32,000 nt of DNA from Bacillus subtilis subsp. subtilis str. 168 (GCF_000009045.1 NC_000964.3:2100001-2132000), one strand, 5' to 3'. Positions 8,774 through 19,127 are shown, numbered from the stretch's first letter. Notes: generated from the letters alone by a model not told the origin. A program made the numbers and translations.

Positions 8774-11608
8774 TTAGTTTTTGCGAGTCAAGCTATCAGA
8801 TACAATACGTTCCTGTTCTTTTTTATGAACTGTCGGATCTCCCTCTGCAGGGCTGGATCGTCTTCTTCGTCCAATATATTGAACGCTTACTCCCTCTGGT
8901 GCAATCTCTGTCAAATACGGGCTGATATAACCCCAAGCCCCCATGTTCTGCGGCTCTTCCTGCACCCAAACGATTTCTTTCAGGTTCGGAAGTTTTGCAA
9001 ATAATTCTTTGACTCCTTTTGCCGGGAATGGATACAGCTGTTCGATTCTCGCAATGTGAAGCCACTCTTTACCGTCTTCTAACTTATTAAAATGATCGCT
9101 AATGTCTATAGACACTTTACCGCTGGATAATACAAGTCTGGTTACTTTTTCATAGTCATGAGAAAGTCCCGACTGTTCATAAACAGGCTGGAAGCGGCTT
9201 TCGCTGAGCTCCTGCACTTCCGACACCGTATTTGGGTTGCGAAGAAGGCTCTTCGGCGTCATAATGACGAGCGGTCTGATTTCTTCACGAAGCAGCATTT
9301 TAGCCTGTCTTCTTAAAATATGGAAATACTGTGCCGCGCTTGTCAGGTTGGCAACCGTCCAGTTGTTTTCCGCTGCAAGCTGCAGGAATCGCTCAATTCT
9401 TCCGCTTGAGTGCTCAGGCCCCTGTCCCTCGTAACCGTGCGGGAGCAGCATGACTAATCCGGATTTTTGGCCCCATTTCGCGCGTCCGGCAGAAATAAAT
9501 TGGTCAAAATACACTTGAGCAGCGTTGGCAAAATCTCCGTACTGTGCTTCCCACAAAACAAGCGTTTCCGGTGAATGCACGTTATAGCCGTATTCAAAAC
9601 CGAGAACCGATCCTTCAGACAGCGGGCTGTTATGAACAGCAAATGATGTGCTGCAGTCAGATAAGTGATGAAGCGGCACAAATTCTTTGCCCGTCTCACT
9701 GTCATGAAGCACAAGGTTTCTTTGGGCGAACGTTCCGCGCTCGGAATCCTGTCCTGTTAAACGAATCGGTGTTCCGTCTTTCAAAATTGAAGCAAACGCG
9801 AGTGATTCTGCCAAAGACCATTCCACTTTTCTGTCATCATCGAACGCCTTGGCGCGTCTTTCTAAAATGCGCTTTAGCTTGCCGAAAACATTAAATGACT
9901 CCGGCCAGTTGATCAATTCGCCATTCAGCTTGCGGAGCACATCAAAATCAATCGAAGTGTCCACATCTGGGAAACCGTTTGATACAGGCTCTGGAAGTTC
10001 AATTTCACAAGCAGTGTGTTCCTTTTTAGACGGAACTTTCTGATATGCATCCTCAATGCGCTTCGTTACCGATTTTTCGATGTTTTGAACGACTTCCTCG
10101 GTAACCACGCCTTCTTTTACCAGCTTTTCAGCGAAAATTTGTTTGACGGTCGGATGCTTTCTGACAGCATCATACAGCATTGGCTGAGTGGTTGACGGTT
10201 CATCCATTTCGTTGTGTCCATAGCGTCTGTACCCGATCAAATCAATCAGAAAATCCTTGTTGAATGTTTTTCGGTATTCGACCGCAAACTTAACAGCTGA
10301 AAGACAAGCTTCAGGATCGTCCGCATTCACGTGAACAATCGGAATTTCATAACCCTTGGCCAGGTCGCTGGCATATTTTGTCGATCTGGATTCAGCGCTT
10401 TCTGTTGTGAATCCGATCATGTTATTGGCGATAATATGAATCGCACCGCCTACTTGATACCCTTTTAAAGAGCTTAAATTCAATGTTTCAGCTACAATTC
10501 CTTCCCCAGGGAATGCAGCGTCTCCATGGATTAAAATGGCCAGCGATTTTGTTTCATCTTGTACCGGGTATCCGCTTTGTGTTCGCGTTTCCTGTGCCGC
10601 TCTTGTGCTGCCTTCAACAATCGGATTGATAAATTCCAAGTGGCTCGGGTTGTTCGCTAACGTAATGCGCGCTGATTTTGTTTCAGCGTCTTGAAGCTCC
10701 CGATTCGCCCCCAAATGGTATTTGACATCCCCCGTCCATCCGTAGCTGATTCCAATGGATCCCTCAGACGGTACAAGATCTTTGTTCGGCGCATGCTGGA
10801 ATTCAGAGAAGATGATTTCATACGGTTTGCCGAGCACATGTGCCAAGACATTCAGGCGTCCCCTGTGCGCCATCCCGATGTTGACACTTGTCGTGCCTGA
10901 TTTGACAGATTGTGCAATAATGTCATCAAGCACTGGAACAAGAGCGTCCAGACCCTCAATGGAAAAGCGCTTCTGCCCGACGAATGTGCGGTGCAAAAAC
11001 TGCTCAAAGCCCTCTACTTCTGTCAATCTTTCCAGCACAGCTGACAGCTTTTCAGCTGAGTTCTTCTGGAACAGCTCGCCAGATTCAATCTTTCTTGTCA
11101 GCCACTCGCGCTCTTTGAAGTCATGCACATGGTCAAATTCAAAAGAGATGGTTCTTTTATACGTATTTCGTAAATACTGAATGGCTTCTAAACCGTTCGA
11201 AATGTTTTTAGGAGCGTCTTTGCAGATGACAGACGCAGGTATTGCTTTTATTTCCTCTTCTGTTAGCCCGTAATCGGATAATGGAAAAAGTTCGCTCTTT
11301 TTCTCATCCTTTCTGAGCGGATTGACGGAAGCGTTCAAATGGCCATAGGTTCGGATATCTTCTGCAAGTCTGACTGCGGATGCGATCTTTTGAATCAGAT
11401 CGGCTGTAACACGTCCCTTTTCTTTTGTTCCCGAGGCCTCTTTTATATCGCTTGGCGGAGCACCGAGCTCGTCGAACATTTCCTTCAAATCCGGGTCAAT
11501 GCTGTTCGGATCCTGGGTATACTGATCGTAAAGCTCCAGCGCATAGCCGAGGTTCGGACCGTAAAAATCTTCCCAATTCATTCGTTGTTTCATACTATTT
11601 TGAAACAT
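8774..11608 (-). CDS. odhA: 2-oxoglutarate dehydrogenase E1 component (944 aa)
   Basis: Full-length E1o homologue. The ORF lies 15 nt upstream of odhB on the same strand, and GGGGGTAA precedes the ATG. Confidence 0.97.
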   Translation of the reverse strand: MFQNSMKQRMNWEDFYGPNLGYALELYDQYTQDPNSIDPDLKEMFDELGAPPSDIKEASGTKEKGRVTADLIQKIASAVRLAEDIRTYGHLNASVNPLRKDEKKSELFPLSDYGLTEEEIKAIPASVICKDAPKNISNGLEAIQYLRNTYKRTISFEFDHVHDFKEREWLTRKIESGELFQKNSAEKLSAVLERLTEVEGFEQFLHRTFVGQKRFSIEGLDALVPVLDDIIAQSVKSGTTSVNIGMAHRGRLNVLAHVLGKPYEIIFSEFQHAPNKDLVPSEGSIGISYGWTGDVKYHLGANRELQDAETKSARITLANNPSHLEFINPIVEGSTRAAQETRTQSGYPVQDETKSLAILIHGDAAFPGEGIVAETLNLSSLKGYQVGGAIHIIANNMIGFTTESAESRSTKYASDLAKGYEIPIVHVNADDPEACLSAVKFAVEYRKTFNKDFLIDLIGYRRYGHNEMDEPSTTQPMLYDAVRKHPTVKQIFAEKLVKEGVVTEEVVQNIEKSVTKRIEDAYQKVPSKKEHTACEIELPEPVSNGFPDVDTSIDFDVLRKLNGELINWPESFNVFGKLKRILERRAKAFDDDRKVEWSLAESLAFASILKDGTPIRLTGQDSERGTFAQRNLVLHDSETGKEFVPLHHLSDCSTSFAVHNSPLSEGSVLGFEYGYNVHSPETLVLWEAQYGDFANAAQVYFDQFISAGRAKWGQKSGLVMLLPHGYEGQGPEHSSGRIERFLQLAAENNWTVANLTSAAQYFHILRRQAKMLLREEIRPLVIMTPKSLLRNPNTVSEVQELSESRFQPVYEQSGLSHDYEKVTRLVLSSGKVSIDISDHFNKLEDGKEWLHIARIEQLYPFPAKGVKELFAKLPNLKEIVWVQEEPQNMGAWGYISPYLTEIAPEGVSVQYIGRRRRSSPAEGDPTVHKKEQERIVSDSLTRKN

Positions 11609-11805
11609 TTGAATATTACCCCCAACTTAAATAATCAAGTGATTGATTCACTATCTTGAAATAACTTTCGAACGCTGTGTCCAAAATTATGTAATAAAAA
11701 CGCTTCCAACGATATTTTACCACTGTTTGCAATTTGATTCTACCTTGATTGTTCACAAAATAGTAAAAAACCTTTATAAAAAACAAAAAATTTAATCATT
11801 CGAAA

Positions 11806-11842
11806 AAACAAACGCCAAAAAGCATAGGATTAAGGGCTATCC
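11806..11842 (-). terminator. Rho-independent terminator of yojO
   Basis: 10-bp stem AAGCATAGGA/TCCTATGCTT (11811-11840) overlapping the last yojO codons. The minus-strand RNA continues UUUUGGCGUUUGUUUUUU. Confidence 0.8.
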
Positions 11843-13753
11843 TATGCTTTTATGAAGCAGTTTTTTCAGCAGCGGATACAAAACATCCGGTAGCTGATCA
11901 ACATCCGGGACAAATATACTGAATTTTCCGTACATATCCTGGATCGTCTTCATTTGCGATTCTTCTATTTCTGAGTTGGAGAGAAAAACATTTATCACTT
12001 CTATTCCTCTTTTTCGGGCTTCGATAACCGCCTCACTTGTATCAACGATCCCATTTTGTTCGTAGCCAAATGCGGCCGGCTCTCCATCTGAGAAAACAAT
12101 TAAGAACTTTTGCGCCTCGCTGCGATGCAGCATTTTTTTCGTCATCTGCCTAATTGCGTACCCGTCACGGTTATCTTCTTCTGGCTCAAGCTGCATAATG
12201 GCCGGTCCAGAATCTTGTCTTAATGATGATTGGAAGGGAATAACCGTATTGAAATAGTTTGGCTGGCTTTTTTCGGTTGCATCATTTGTGTCCTCCCAAA
12301 AACCGACAATCTGATGCGGAACCGCTACCGATTTCAACGCTTCGTGAAACAGCACGATTCCTCGTTTTGTTTCGTCCATTTTGTCGAACATGCTGGCGGA
12401 ACAATCGACCAGCAATGTAAAAACTGCGTCGATTTCTGAAGATGGTTCTTGCTTTTTGTAGAACAGGCGCGGATTTCGCTCAGTGAAGTAACGAAGAAGC
12501 TTATTGTTCAGTCTCCCGGCATGAAGGTCTGTTCTCGGCAATGTTTTTTTATGCTCCAGCGTTTTTTGAATCATTTGTTTCAAACGCTTTTGATACGATT
12601 CAATCGTTTTTGCCTGCTGTTTATAAGAAAGCTCTTCTTCACTGGTTGCCGGCTGCGGTTCTTTATAAATTGGAAATGCATATTTATTTTCTTTGCCGTC
12701 AGCCATACCCGCTCCGTTCGGCTGGTCTTTTTGGGACTCCAGCGCTTCCAGCTTGGAATAGTCTTTCCGTTTCGTTTGTCTGGCTGATCCTTGAACAGAG
12801 CCAAGGGCCTGATCTCCATCGTCGCCTTCCCTTGAAGCATCTTTTCCTAAATCTGATTTTGCGCCGTGTTCAATATCAAATTGAAGGAAGCTTTTAGACG
12901 GTGCTTCTGTTTCCCGGTGCCATGTCGGCATTTCTTCTTCATGGATATCCTCATCACCGTCTGATTGTTTTGGAAGCGTGATGTCATCACTCAGCTTCGG
13001 CGCTTTTTTCTCTTCTTCAAATAACGGCTGTTCTGCAGCTTTTGCGTAATCAAGCTCAGGCAAAAAGAAGTAGGTGTTCAACATGTCTTTATCGAGTACC
13101 TCTTCAAGTCCGTCCATGAGGTCCTCAACAATTTTCAGAACCTGCCGTGTCGAATCTGCTTCATACACACGCAAGAGCTGCTGCTCAATAAACGGGCGCA
13201 TCAGATCGATATCTTCACGCATGGATGGAAGGGTCTCGAGCGGCGATTCCGCTGTGAGCTTGAAATAGATCGCGCAAAAGAGCGCATCGGTAAAAATGCT
13301 TCGTTCCAAATTTAAGGTCAGCTGGGTTGAGAAATGTTTTCTGTACATGTCTTTTCGCTTCGCAAATACATGTTTCGTACCCGGGCGCTCACGTTTGATG
13401 CATTCTTCGATCCTAATGTCTTCAAGCAGCATAAAGAGCTGCTTGGCAAAACTTTTAAACGTAAGATGGCGATGGATATCATTCAAAAAGTTCGCAAACT
13501 CATGCAGCGAGCTATATCTTGTTCCGACTGAACGCAGGTAGACGTCGCTTTTCAGACCCGCTTCCATGTCCTCAGCTGCCCTGTCTTTCCAAAAGTGGCT
13601 CATATAGATTTTCTTTTCAAATGGATTGTAATAGGACTGAACGCCATACTCCACTTCTACCGCTTCACTCTTGGTGAGTGTTTTGGCCAAATCAGTCAGC
13701 ATCATAAATAAAAATGAATCAATCGTGCTGTCGTTAAATTTGATAAATTTCAT
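11837..13753 (-). CDS. yojO: VWA-domain protein, NorD/CbbO-like partner of a MoxR AAA+ ATPase (638 aa)
   Basis: Track frame 11837-13822 trimmed to ATG 13753 (GAGGGGG SD; the longer frame would overlap yojN). The C-terminal VWA domain has the MIDAS motif LLVDCSASM (DxSxS) plus NRDGYA and FSDGEP. A long acidic low-complexity linker sits in the middle. Confidence 0.9.
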   Translation of the reverse strand: MKFIKFNDSTIDSFLFMMLTDLAKTLTKSEAVEVEYGVQSYYNPFEKKIYMSHFWKDRAAEDMEAGLKSDVYLRSVGTRYSSLHEFANFLNDIHRHLTFKSFAKQLFMLLEDIRIEECIKRERPGTKHVFAKRKDMYRKHFSTQLTLNLERSIFTDALFCAIYFKLTAESPLETLPSMREDIDLMRPFIEQQLLRVYEADSTRQVLKIVEDLMDGLEEVLDKDMLNTYFFLPELDYAKAAEQPLFEEEKKAPKLSDDITLPKQSDGDEDIHEEEMPTWHRETEAPSKSFLQFDIEHGAKSDLGKDASREGDDGDQALGSVQGSARQTKRKDYSKLEALESQKDQPNGAGMADGKENKYAFPIYKEPQPATSEEELSYKQQAKTIESYQKRLKQMIQKTLEHKKTLPRTDLHAGRLNNKLLRYFTERNPRLFYKKQEPSSEIDAVFTLLVDCSASMFDKMDETKRGIVLFHEALKSVAVPHQIVGFWEDTNDATEKSQPNYFNTVIPFQSSLRQDSGPAIMQLEPEEDNRDGYAIRQMTKKMLHRSEAQKFLIVFSDGEPAAFGYEQNGIVDTSEAVIEARKRGIEVINVFLSNSEIEESQMKTIQDMYGKFSIFVPDVDQLPDVLYPLLKKLLHKSIG

Positions 13754-13763
13754 CGCAGCCCCC

Positions 13764-14678
13764 TCATTCAAACAGAGTTTCTGCAATATTTCGGACAGCC
13801 GCTTTTTCCCGATCATCATCAAGCTTTTCTACAATTCCCCGCTCAATGGCACGACGCGGCGGAATATAAGCAGCTAAATCACATGTATCGATTAAAGCTC
13901 TGATGGATGCCGCTTCTTCAGACACCTGTCCGTTATTGGCCTGAACGATCAAGTCAGAGGAAAGCGTGATAAATCTGTCAATCAATTTCTCGTCTTTCAA
14001 GGCTGACTGAGACATGAGCACTTGTTTCAGCAGCTCGCCTTTAATATAAGGCACATCAATGATGACAAAACGGTTTTTCAACGCTTCATTCAGAGGAACA
14101 GTTCCGACATAGCCTTCATTGATGGCTGCAATGACTCCGAAACCGCTTTTAGCCCGTATGACCTCGCCTGTAAACGGATTTGTCATCATTTTTCTGTAAT
14201 CTAATACACCGTTTAGAATAGGCAGTGTTTCCGGCTTCGCCATATTGATTTCATCTATATAAAGAAAATGGCCTTCCTTCATTGCCTTTGTAACAGGTCC
14301 TGAAACAAACTCGATTGTTGCCTGGCCAGATTGATTTTCAATCGTTTTATAACCGACCAATGCCTCAGCGTCCAAGTCGACTGAACAGTTGACGCTGTGC
14401 ATCGGTTTATGAAAATAGCTGGACAATGTTTCTGCCAGCTTTGTTTTTCCTGAACCTGTAGGCCCTTTCAGCAGGACATTTTTCCCCATGGCTAATGCAA
14501 TAATGGCGTCAAATAAAATGGCTTCATCCTCCGCCTCATAGCCTGATGTTCCTATAAGCGATTGAAACTCTGGGGAAATAGGCTGCTCTTTATATGATAA
14601 AAGCTTTTGTTGTATATCTTCCGGCAATGTTAAGTGCTGTAGTTGAGTTGTCATAGACAGATTCCCTTTCCTATTCAT
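13764..14678 (-). CDS. yojN: MoxR/NorQ/CbbQ-type AAA+ ATPase (304 aa; possibly 296 aa from ATG 14654)
   Basis: Walker A GPTGSGKT and Walker B FLYIDEIN in a single AAA+ module of about 300 aa. The stop lies 10 nt before the yojO start. ATG 14654 has the better SD (AGGAAAGGG) than ATG 14678. Confidence 0.9.
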   Translation of the reverse strand: MNRKGNLSMTTQLQHLTLPEDIQQKLLSYKEQPISPEFQSLIGTSGYEAEDEAILFDAIIALAMGKNVLLKGPTGSGKTKLAETLSSYFHKPMHSVNCSVDLDAEALVGYKTIENQSGQATIEFVSGPVTKAMKEGHFLYIDEINMAKPETLPILNGVLDYRKMMTNPFTGEVIRAKSGFGVIAAINEGYVGTVPLNEALKNRFVIIDVPYIKGELLKQVLMSQSALKDEKLIDRFITLSSDLIVQANNGQVSEEAASIRALIDTCDLAAYIPPRRAIERGIVEKLDDDREKAAVRNIAETLFE

Positions 14679-14698
14679 ATTCCATTAACGAGTATACT

Positions 14699-14732
14699 AA
14701 AAAAGCCCCTGTATGCTCAATACAAAAGGGCC
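14699..14732 (-). terminator. Imperfect terminator hairpin between sodC and yojN
   Basis: GCCC..TGTAT / ATACA..GGGC stem with an internal bulge (14705-14731). The minus-strand RNA follows with U6. Confidence 0.55.
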
Positions 14733-14741
14733 TGGATGATA

Positions 14742-15332
14742 TTACTGCTTCTCGTTATTTCCCAAAAGGGCTCCGCAGACAATACGCGCACCGGAATTGC
14801 CGCTTGGGTTTGTCAGATAATCGTCCGCTTGTTCATGAATAATAAATGCACTTCCGTCCTCGTCGAGAATATTTAGTTTACTTCCTTTTTTCAGTGAAGT
14901 GTCAGGCGCATTCATTATGACATCTACCTTTCCATCAGCACCGACTTCAAGGTTCGGCAGATCTCCGGCATGATGCCCCATCGGATTATTAAAGCCGTGT
15001 TCTTTGTTCAGTGGATTAAAGGGACCGCCCGCTGATTCAAAATCCGGCCTGACACAAGAACCTTTCTCATAAATATGAAAACCGAGAGAAGCACCTGGAC
15101 GCAGGCTGTTTGCGGAAATATGAATATCGAGGCCTTCATCATCTGATTCTTTGATCTCTATAAAACCGACTGCTTTCCCTTCACGATTGACCAGCTGGAC
15201 ATGATGACCAAACGCTGACGTTTCAACCACTTTTTTTTCCGGCACCCGGTTAGGAGGGTCTGGAGGTTTTTTTTGTCCGCATCCGGCAACTCCCAGTGCC
15301 GTCAGCATCATCAACAGCAAGAGACGGTGCAT
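14742..15332 (-). CDS. sodC: Cu,Zn-superoxide-dismutase-like lipoprotein lacking two Cu ligands (196 aa)
   Basis: Signal peptide with lipobox LGVAGC. Cu,Zn-SOD fold motifs are GFHIYEKGSC, PFNP, HGFNNPMGHHAGDLPNL and IIHEQADD. GGGGGAG SD. Confidence 0.93.
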   Translation of the reverse strand: MHRLLLLMMLTALGVAGCGQKKPPDPPNRVPEKKVVETSAFGHHVQLVNREGKAVGFIEIKESDDEGLDIHISANSLRPGASLGFHIYEKGSCVRPDFESAGGPFNPLNKEHGFNNPMGHHAGDLPNLEVGADGKVDVIMNAPDTSLKKGSKLNILDEDGSAFIIHEQADDYLTNPSGNSGARIVCGALLGNNEKQ

Positions 15333-15385
15333 ACTGTCTCCCCCTTGTTTTTTCTAACAGTGTGGTCAATCATTGTCTGGTATAA

Positions 15386-15412
15386 ACAAAAAAGCCTATA
15401 AAAGGCTTTTTG
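15386..15412 (-). terminator. Rho-independent terminator of cwlS
   Basis: Stem AAAGCCT/AGGCTTT (15391-15409). The minus-strand RNA follows with U6. Confidence 0.75.
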
Positions 15413-15424
15413 TCATACTCATTT

Positions 15425-16672
<1,248 letters not shown>

Positions 16673-16933
16673 TTCAACCTCCTAAACTGTTTTTTTGCAA
16701 AAACAGCTAGTATTTTGTTTCCAAAAATGGCACACAACTGTTTTATCGTCAATTTTTCAGCAAGTTAAACCCTTTTCAAACATTTGGCGCAGCATTTTCA
16801 GCATCGTTCGACCTTTAAACCTTCAAATAAACATCTAACATTTTACATAAGCACGATATGTTTTTCGAAAGTCTAAGGAACTATTTAAGCGAGGGTAAAA
16901 ATGATGGTTTTCTATTGATGAACGAAGCAGTTT

Positions 16934-16983
16934 CTCCTCCTTTCTTGTCTATTTTTCTAATCAATTCTCTATCGGCGTGTCAA
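16934..16983 (-). promoter_or_regulatory. Promoter-like element followed by an orphan perfect Shine-Dalgarno (STAB-SD-like), about 265 nt upstream of the cwlS start
   Basis: The minus strand reads TTGACA (16983-16978), 18 nt, TAGAAA (16959-16954), about 10 nt, then AAAGGAGGAG (16943-16934). No ATG, GTG or TTG follows at initiating distance. Confidence 0.35.
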
Positions 16984-17011
16984 ATCCCTTCCTCTGCATT
17001 CTTATGAAATG

Positions 17012-17047
17012 GCAAAAAGCCTGTTCTTTCGATAAGAACAGGCTTTT
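17012..17047 (-). terminator. Rho-independent terminator of yojK
   Basis: 10-bp stem GCCTGTTCTT/AAGAACAGGC (17019-17043). The minus-strand RNA follows with U5. Confidence 0.85.
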
Positions 17048-17050
17048 ACA

Positions 17051-18268
17051 CTATGCATTTGCTGATTGAGTTTTTTGTTTTACAGCTTCAAGAATGCTGT
17101 CGGCTGCTTTTTTAGAGCCGCCTGCCGCTTTCAGTGATTGTCCAATTTCTTTTGCCTTTTCAGCATACGAACGATTATTCATTACTTCTTGTATCGTCTC
17201 TTTCAGTAGGCTTTCAGACAATTCTTCCTTTTTAATTACTTTTCCTGCGCCGACTTTTTCTACCTGATCTGCGACAACAAATTGGTCGCCTCCCATCGGA
17301 ATGACAACGAGCGGGGTTTCAAAATACAAACCTTCACTTGTGCTGTTCATTCCGCCGTGGGTCACAAATAAGCTGGCTCTTTTCAAGATCTCAAGCTGAG
17401 GGACATACGGGCGTACAATGAAATTCTCCGGAATGTCGTTTAACTCACTTGTTTTAATATGCTTGCCGATGGAAAGCACAACTTTACCGTCAAAGTCCTT
17501 ACACACTTCAAGGCATTGATTAAAAAACTGCTTTTGATTATTAAAAATGGTTCCCATTGAAATAAACAGCACGTTTTCATTGTCAATCTGATCAAATGGG
17601 AAATCATTGTTTCCGGCTCTTTCTGTAATGGAAGGACCGACAAATACATATCGCTCGCCAAATTGCTCAGCCAGTGGCTGAAATCCCCTTGATGTAAAGA
17701 CGATTGTCAAGTCACCATCAGCTAAAAAAACATCAAATGGCTTCTTGATCTCTGCTTGAAAATCAGCATTTAACGTTTCTGCAAGCTGCTGGTATGATTC
17801 ATAATGAGGCGAATCTTCAAGTGATCCTTTCATGTACGCTCCCATCATTTCCTTCGCAAATTCCTCATTCATCGCAAAGGTTGTACACAATGAAAATCTT
17901 GGCAGCTTCAGCATGTTGGCAATGACTTTACCCGCGAGAAGATGGTGATCATATATGACATAATCATACGATTCATGTTTGACTTCCTCATAAATATGAG
18001 TCGCGATATCCTTACAGGCTTTCAAAAAAGCGCAGAGCATTTCTGTGAAATCTCTTTCTTCATCGCCGGTTGCGTTTTTCCCGAAGTAATCTCCTCTGAA
18101 ATCATGATACTCACGAAACTCTATATCAAGAGCTGTGATTTTTTCTTTATATTCCTTCACTGCGTAGTACGTAATGTTTTCTCCCCGGGATTTCAGCTCC
18201 TTCATCACACCGATAGAGGGATTAATATGCCCTTCACCGGGGAAACCGATCATTAATACATTAGCCAT
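17051..18268 (-). CDS. yojK: GT1-family UDP-glycosyltransferase (macrolide glycosyltransferase-like, 405 aa)
   Basis: N-terminal GFPGEGHINP and the C-terminal UDPGT-type signature FVTHGGMNSTSEGL...P...GDQ. Recognised as YojK. Confidence 0.93.
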   Translation of the reverse strand: MANVLMIGFPGEGHINPSIGVMKELKSRGENITYYAVKEYKEKITALDIEFREYHDFRGDYFGKNATGDEERDFTEMLCAFLKACKDIATHIYEEVKHESYDYVIYDHHLLAGKVIANMLKLPRFSLCTTFAMNEEFAKEMMGAYMKGSLEDSPHYESYQQLAETLNADFQAEIKKPFDVFLADGDLTIVFTSRGFQPLAEQFGERYVFVGPSITERAGNNDFPFDQIDNENVLFISMGTIFNNQKQFFNQCLEVCKDFDGKVVLSIGKHIKTSELNDIPENFIVRPYVPQLEILKRASLFVTHGGMNSTSEGLYFETPLVVIPMGGDQFVVADQVEKVGAGKVIKKEELSESLLKETIQEVMNNRSYAEKAKEIGQSLKAAGGSKKAADSILEAVKQKTQSANA

Positions 18269-18404
18269 GCGGCAGCACCCTTCCTTTGAGAATTTATGTA
18301 ATATTTTATACGGTACTATAAATGCATAAACAGGTAAAGTATTTCACTTAATTAATATTCATCATATATAACTTTTCTACCAGTTTATATTCCCTGTCTT
18401 CAAG

Positions 18405-18436
18405 ACAAAAAGCATTCAGCTTGAAGCGAATGCTTT
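18405..18436 (-). terminator. Rho-independent terminator of cdaS
   Basis: Stem AGCATTC/GAATGCT (18411-18434). The minus-strand RNA follows with UUUUGUCUU. Confidence 0.6.
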
Positions 18437-18503
18437 AATAAAGATGCGAATTCAGTCATTTTGTCTCATGATAGGATTCTTAATCAGGCCCTTTTTATTA
18501 TTT

Positions 18504-19127
18504 TTACGTTCTTGGTGAAATTAACGGATATAATACACCGTCTTTGGCAAACGACATCTTCCCTGTTTCCTCTGAAACCACGAGCACCAGTGCATCCGTA
18601 TAGCCCGACATACCAAGAGCCGCCCGGTGCCGGGTTCCCAAATGGATATCCACTTCCTTCGTCGTCAGCGGGAGCACATTGGCTGCTGACACGAGTTTGT
18701 TTTCCCTCACTAATAAAGCGCCGTCATGAAGAGGGTTTCCGGGAAAAAAGATGCTTTCAATTAATGAAGAGCTGATCTCGGCGTGTAGGGAGGTGCCTTT
18801 TTGAATAAAACGTTCAACCGGGTCTGCTCTTTCAATCACAATTAAAGCTCCATGCTTATGTTCCGATAAGGCTTTAATCGCCTTGGCCAGCTCAATAAAT
18901 GCCGGCGTAAATTCCTCAATGTATGATTGCAAATAAAAGGAGGATGCAATCCCCTGCATGTCCTGAAAAACGTGCCCCAAATCATCTAATTCACAAAGGA
19001 GACACTGGTCTTTTTCGTGAAGCGTTTTCAAGATTAGAGATGCATCACCTAATATTTGCTCTAAGTACACCTGTATTTTCCCCTTGAACGCATTTTCTGA
19101 TATCTGCTCATAGCGCATAGCCTTCAT
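18504..19127 (-). CDS. cdaS: Sporulation-type diadenylate cyclase (DAC domain with an N-terminal helical regulatory region, 207 aa)
   Basis: DAC motifs HDGALLV and GTRHRAALG. Track frame 18504-19154 trimmed to ATG 19127 to give the 207-aa length I recall for CdaS. By SD spacing alone, ATG 19118 (AGGAG 9 nt upstream) fits better, so the start is uncertain by 3 codons. Confidence 0.88.
   Translation of the reverse strand: MKAMRYEQISENAFKGKIQVYLEQILGDASLILKTLHEKDQCLLCELDDLGHVFQDMQGIASSFYLQSYIEEFTPAFIELAKAIKALSEHKHGALIVIERADPVERFIQKGTSLHAEISSSLIESIFFPGNPLHDGALLVRENKLVSAANVLPLTTKEVDIHLGTRHRAALGMSGYTDALVLVVSEETGKMSFAKDGVLYPLISPRT

Noticed and set aside
8131-11180. Long antisense ORFs inside odhB and odhA (for example 8131-8499 and 10755-11180)
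   Set aside because: They lie entirely inside strongly supported genes on the opposite strand. They have no SD and show odd Ser/Arg/Cys/Pro-rich composition. Such shadow frames are expected opposite long genes.
11625-11665. Possible cre or operator in the odhA leader (AATCAAGTGATTGATT inverted repeat; TTCGAAAGTTATTTCA)
   Set aside because: The cre-like word lacks the central CG and has three mismatches. The 6-4-6 A/T-rich inverted repeat is weak and could arise by chance.
12449-12897. Overlapping + strand ORFs (112 and 118 aa) opposite the yojO linker region
   Set aside because: They are the mirror of the repetitive acidic/Lys-rich coding sequence of yojO. They have no SD or promoter and low-complexity Phe/Leu/Arg content.
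11837-13822. Longer N-terminal versions of track ORFs (yojO from 13822, dhaS from 559, sqhC from 2144, sodF from 4038, yocR from 6298, yocS from 6433, cdaS from 19154, gerT from 24012)
   Set aside because: The upstream starts lack an SD, overlap the preceding gene, or fall at or before the predicted transcription start. Each downstream start has a well-spaced GGAG-type SD and gives the protein length I recall for the B. subtilis orthologue.
4056-15332. Two superoxide-dismutase-family genes (sodF, sodC) within 11 kb as evidence of an oxidative-stress island
   Set aside because: They belong to unrelated folds. They are separated by transporters and the 2-oxoglutarate dehydrogenase operon, and each has its own terminator. 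The adjacency looks coincidental.
16835-16930. 31-codon open frame after the orphan SD upstream of cwlS
   Set aside because: It would have to initiate at CTG only 5 nt after the GGAGG core. The peptide (LRSSIENHHFYPRLNSSLDFRKTYRAYVKC) is not protein-like. I treat the SD as a possible non-translational element instead (see findings).
16969-16976. SigmaD-like -10 (GCCGATAG on the minus strand) and a sigmaH-like AGGAAGG...GAGAAT pair upstream of cwlS
   Set aside because: There is no TAAA -35 at 14-16 nt for sigmaD. By my count the AGGA-to-GAAT distance is about 26 nt, against about 21 nt in known sigmaH promoters.
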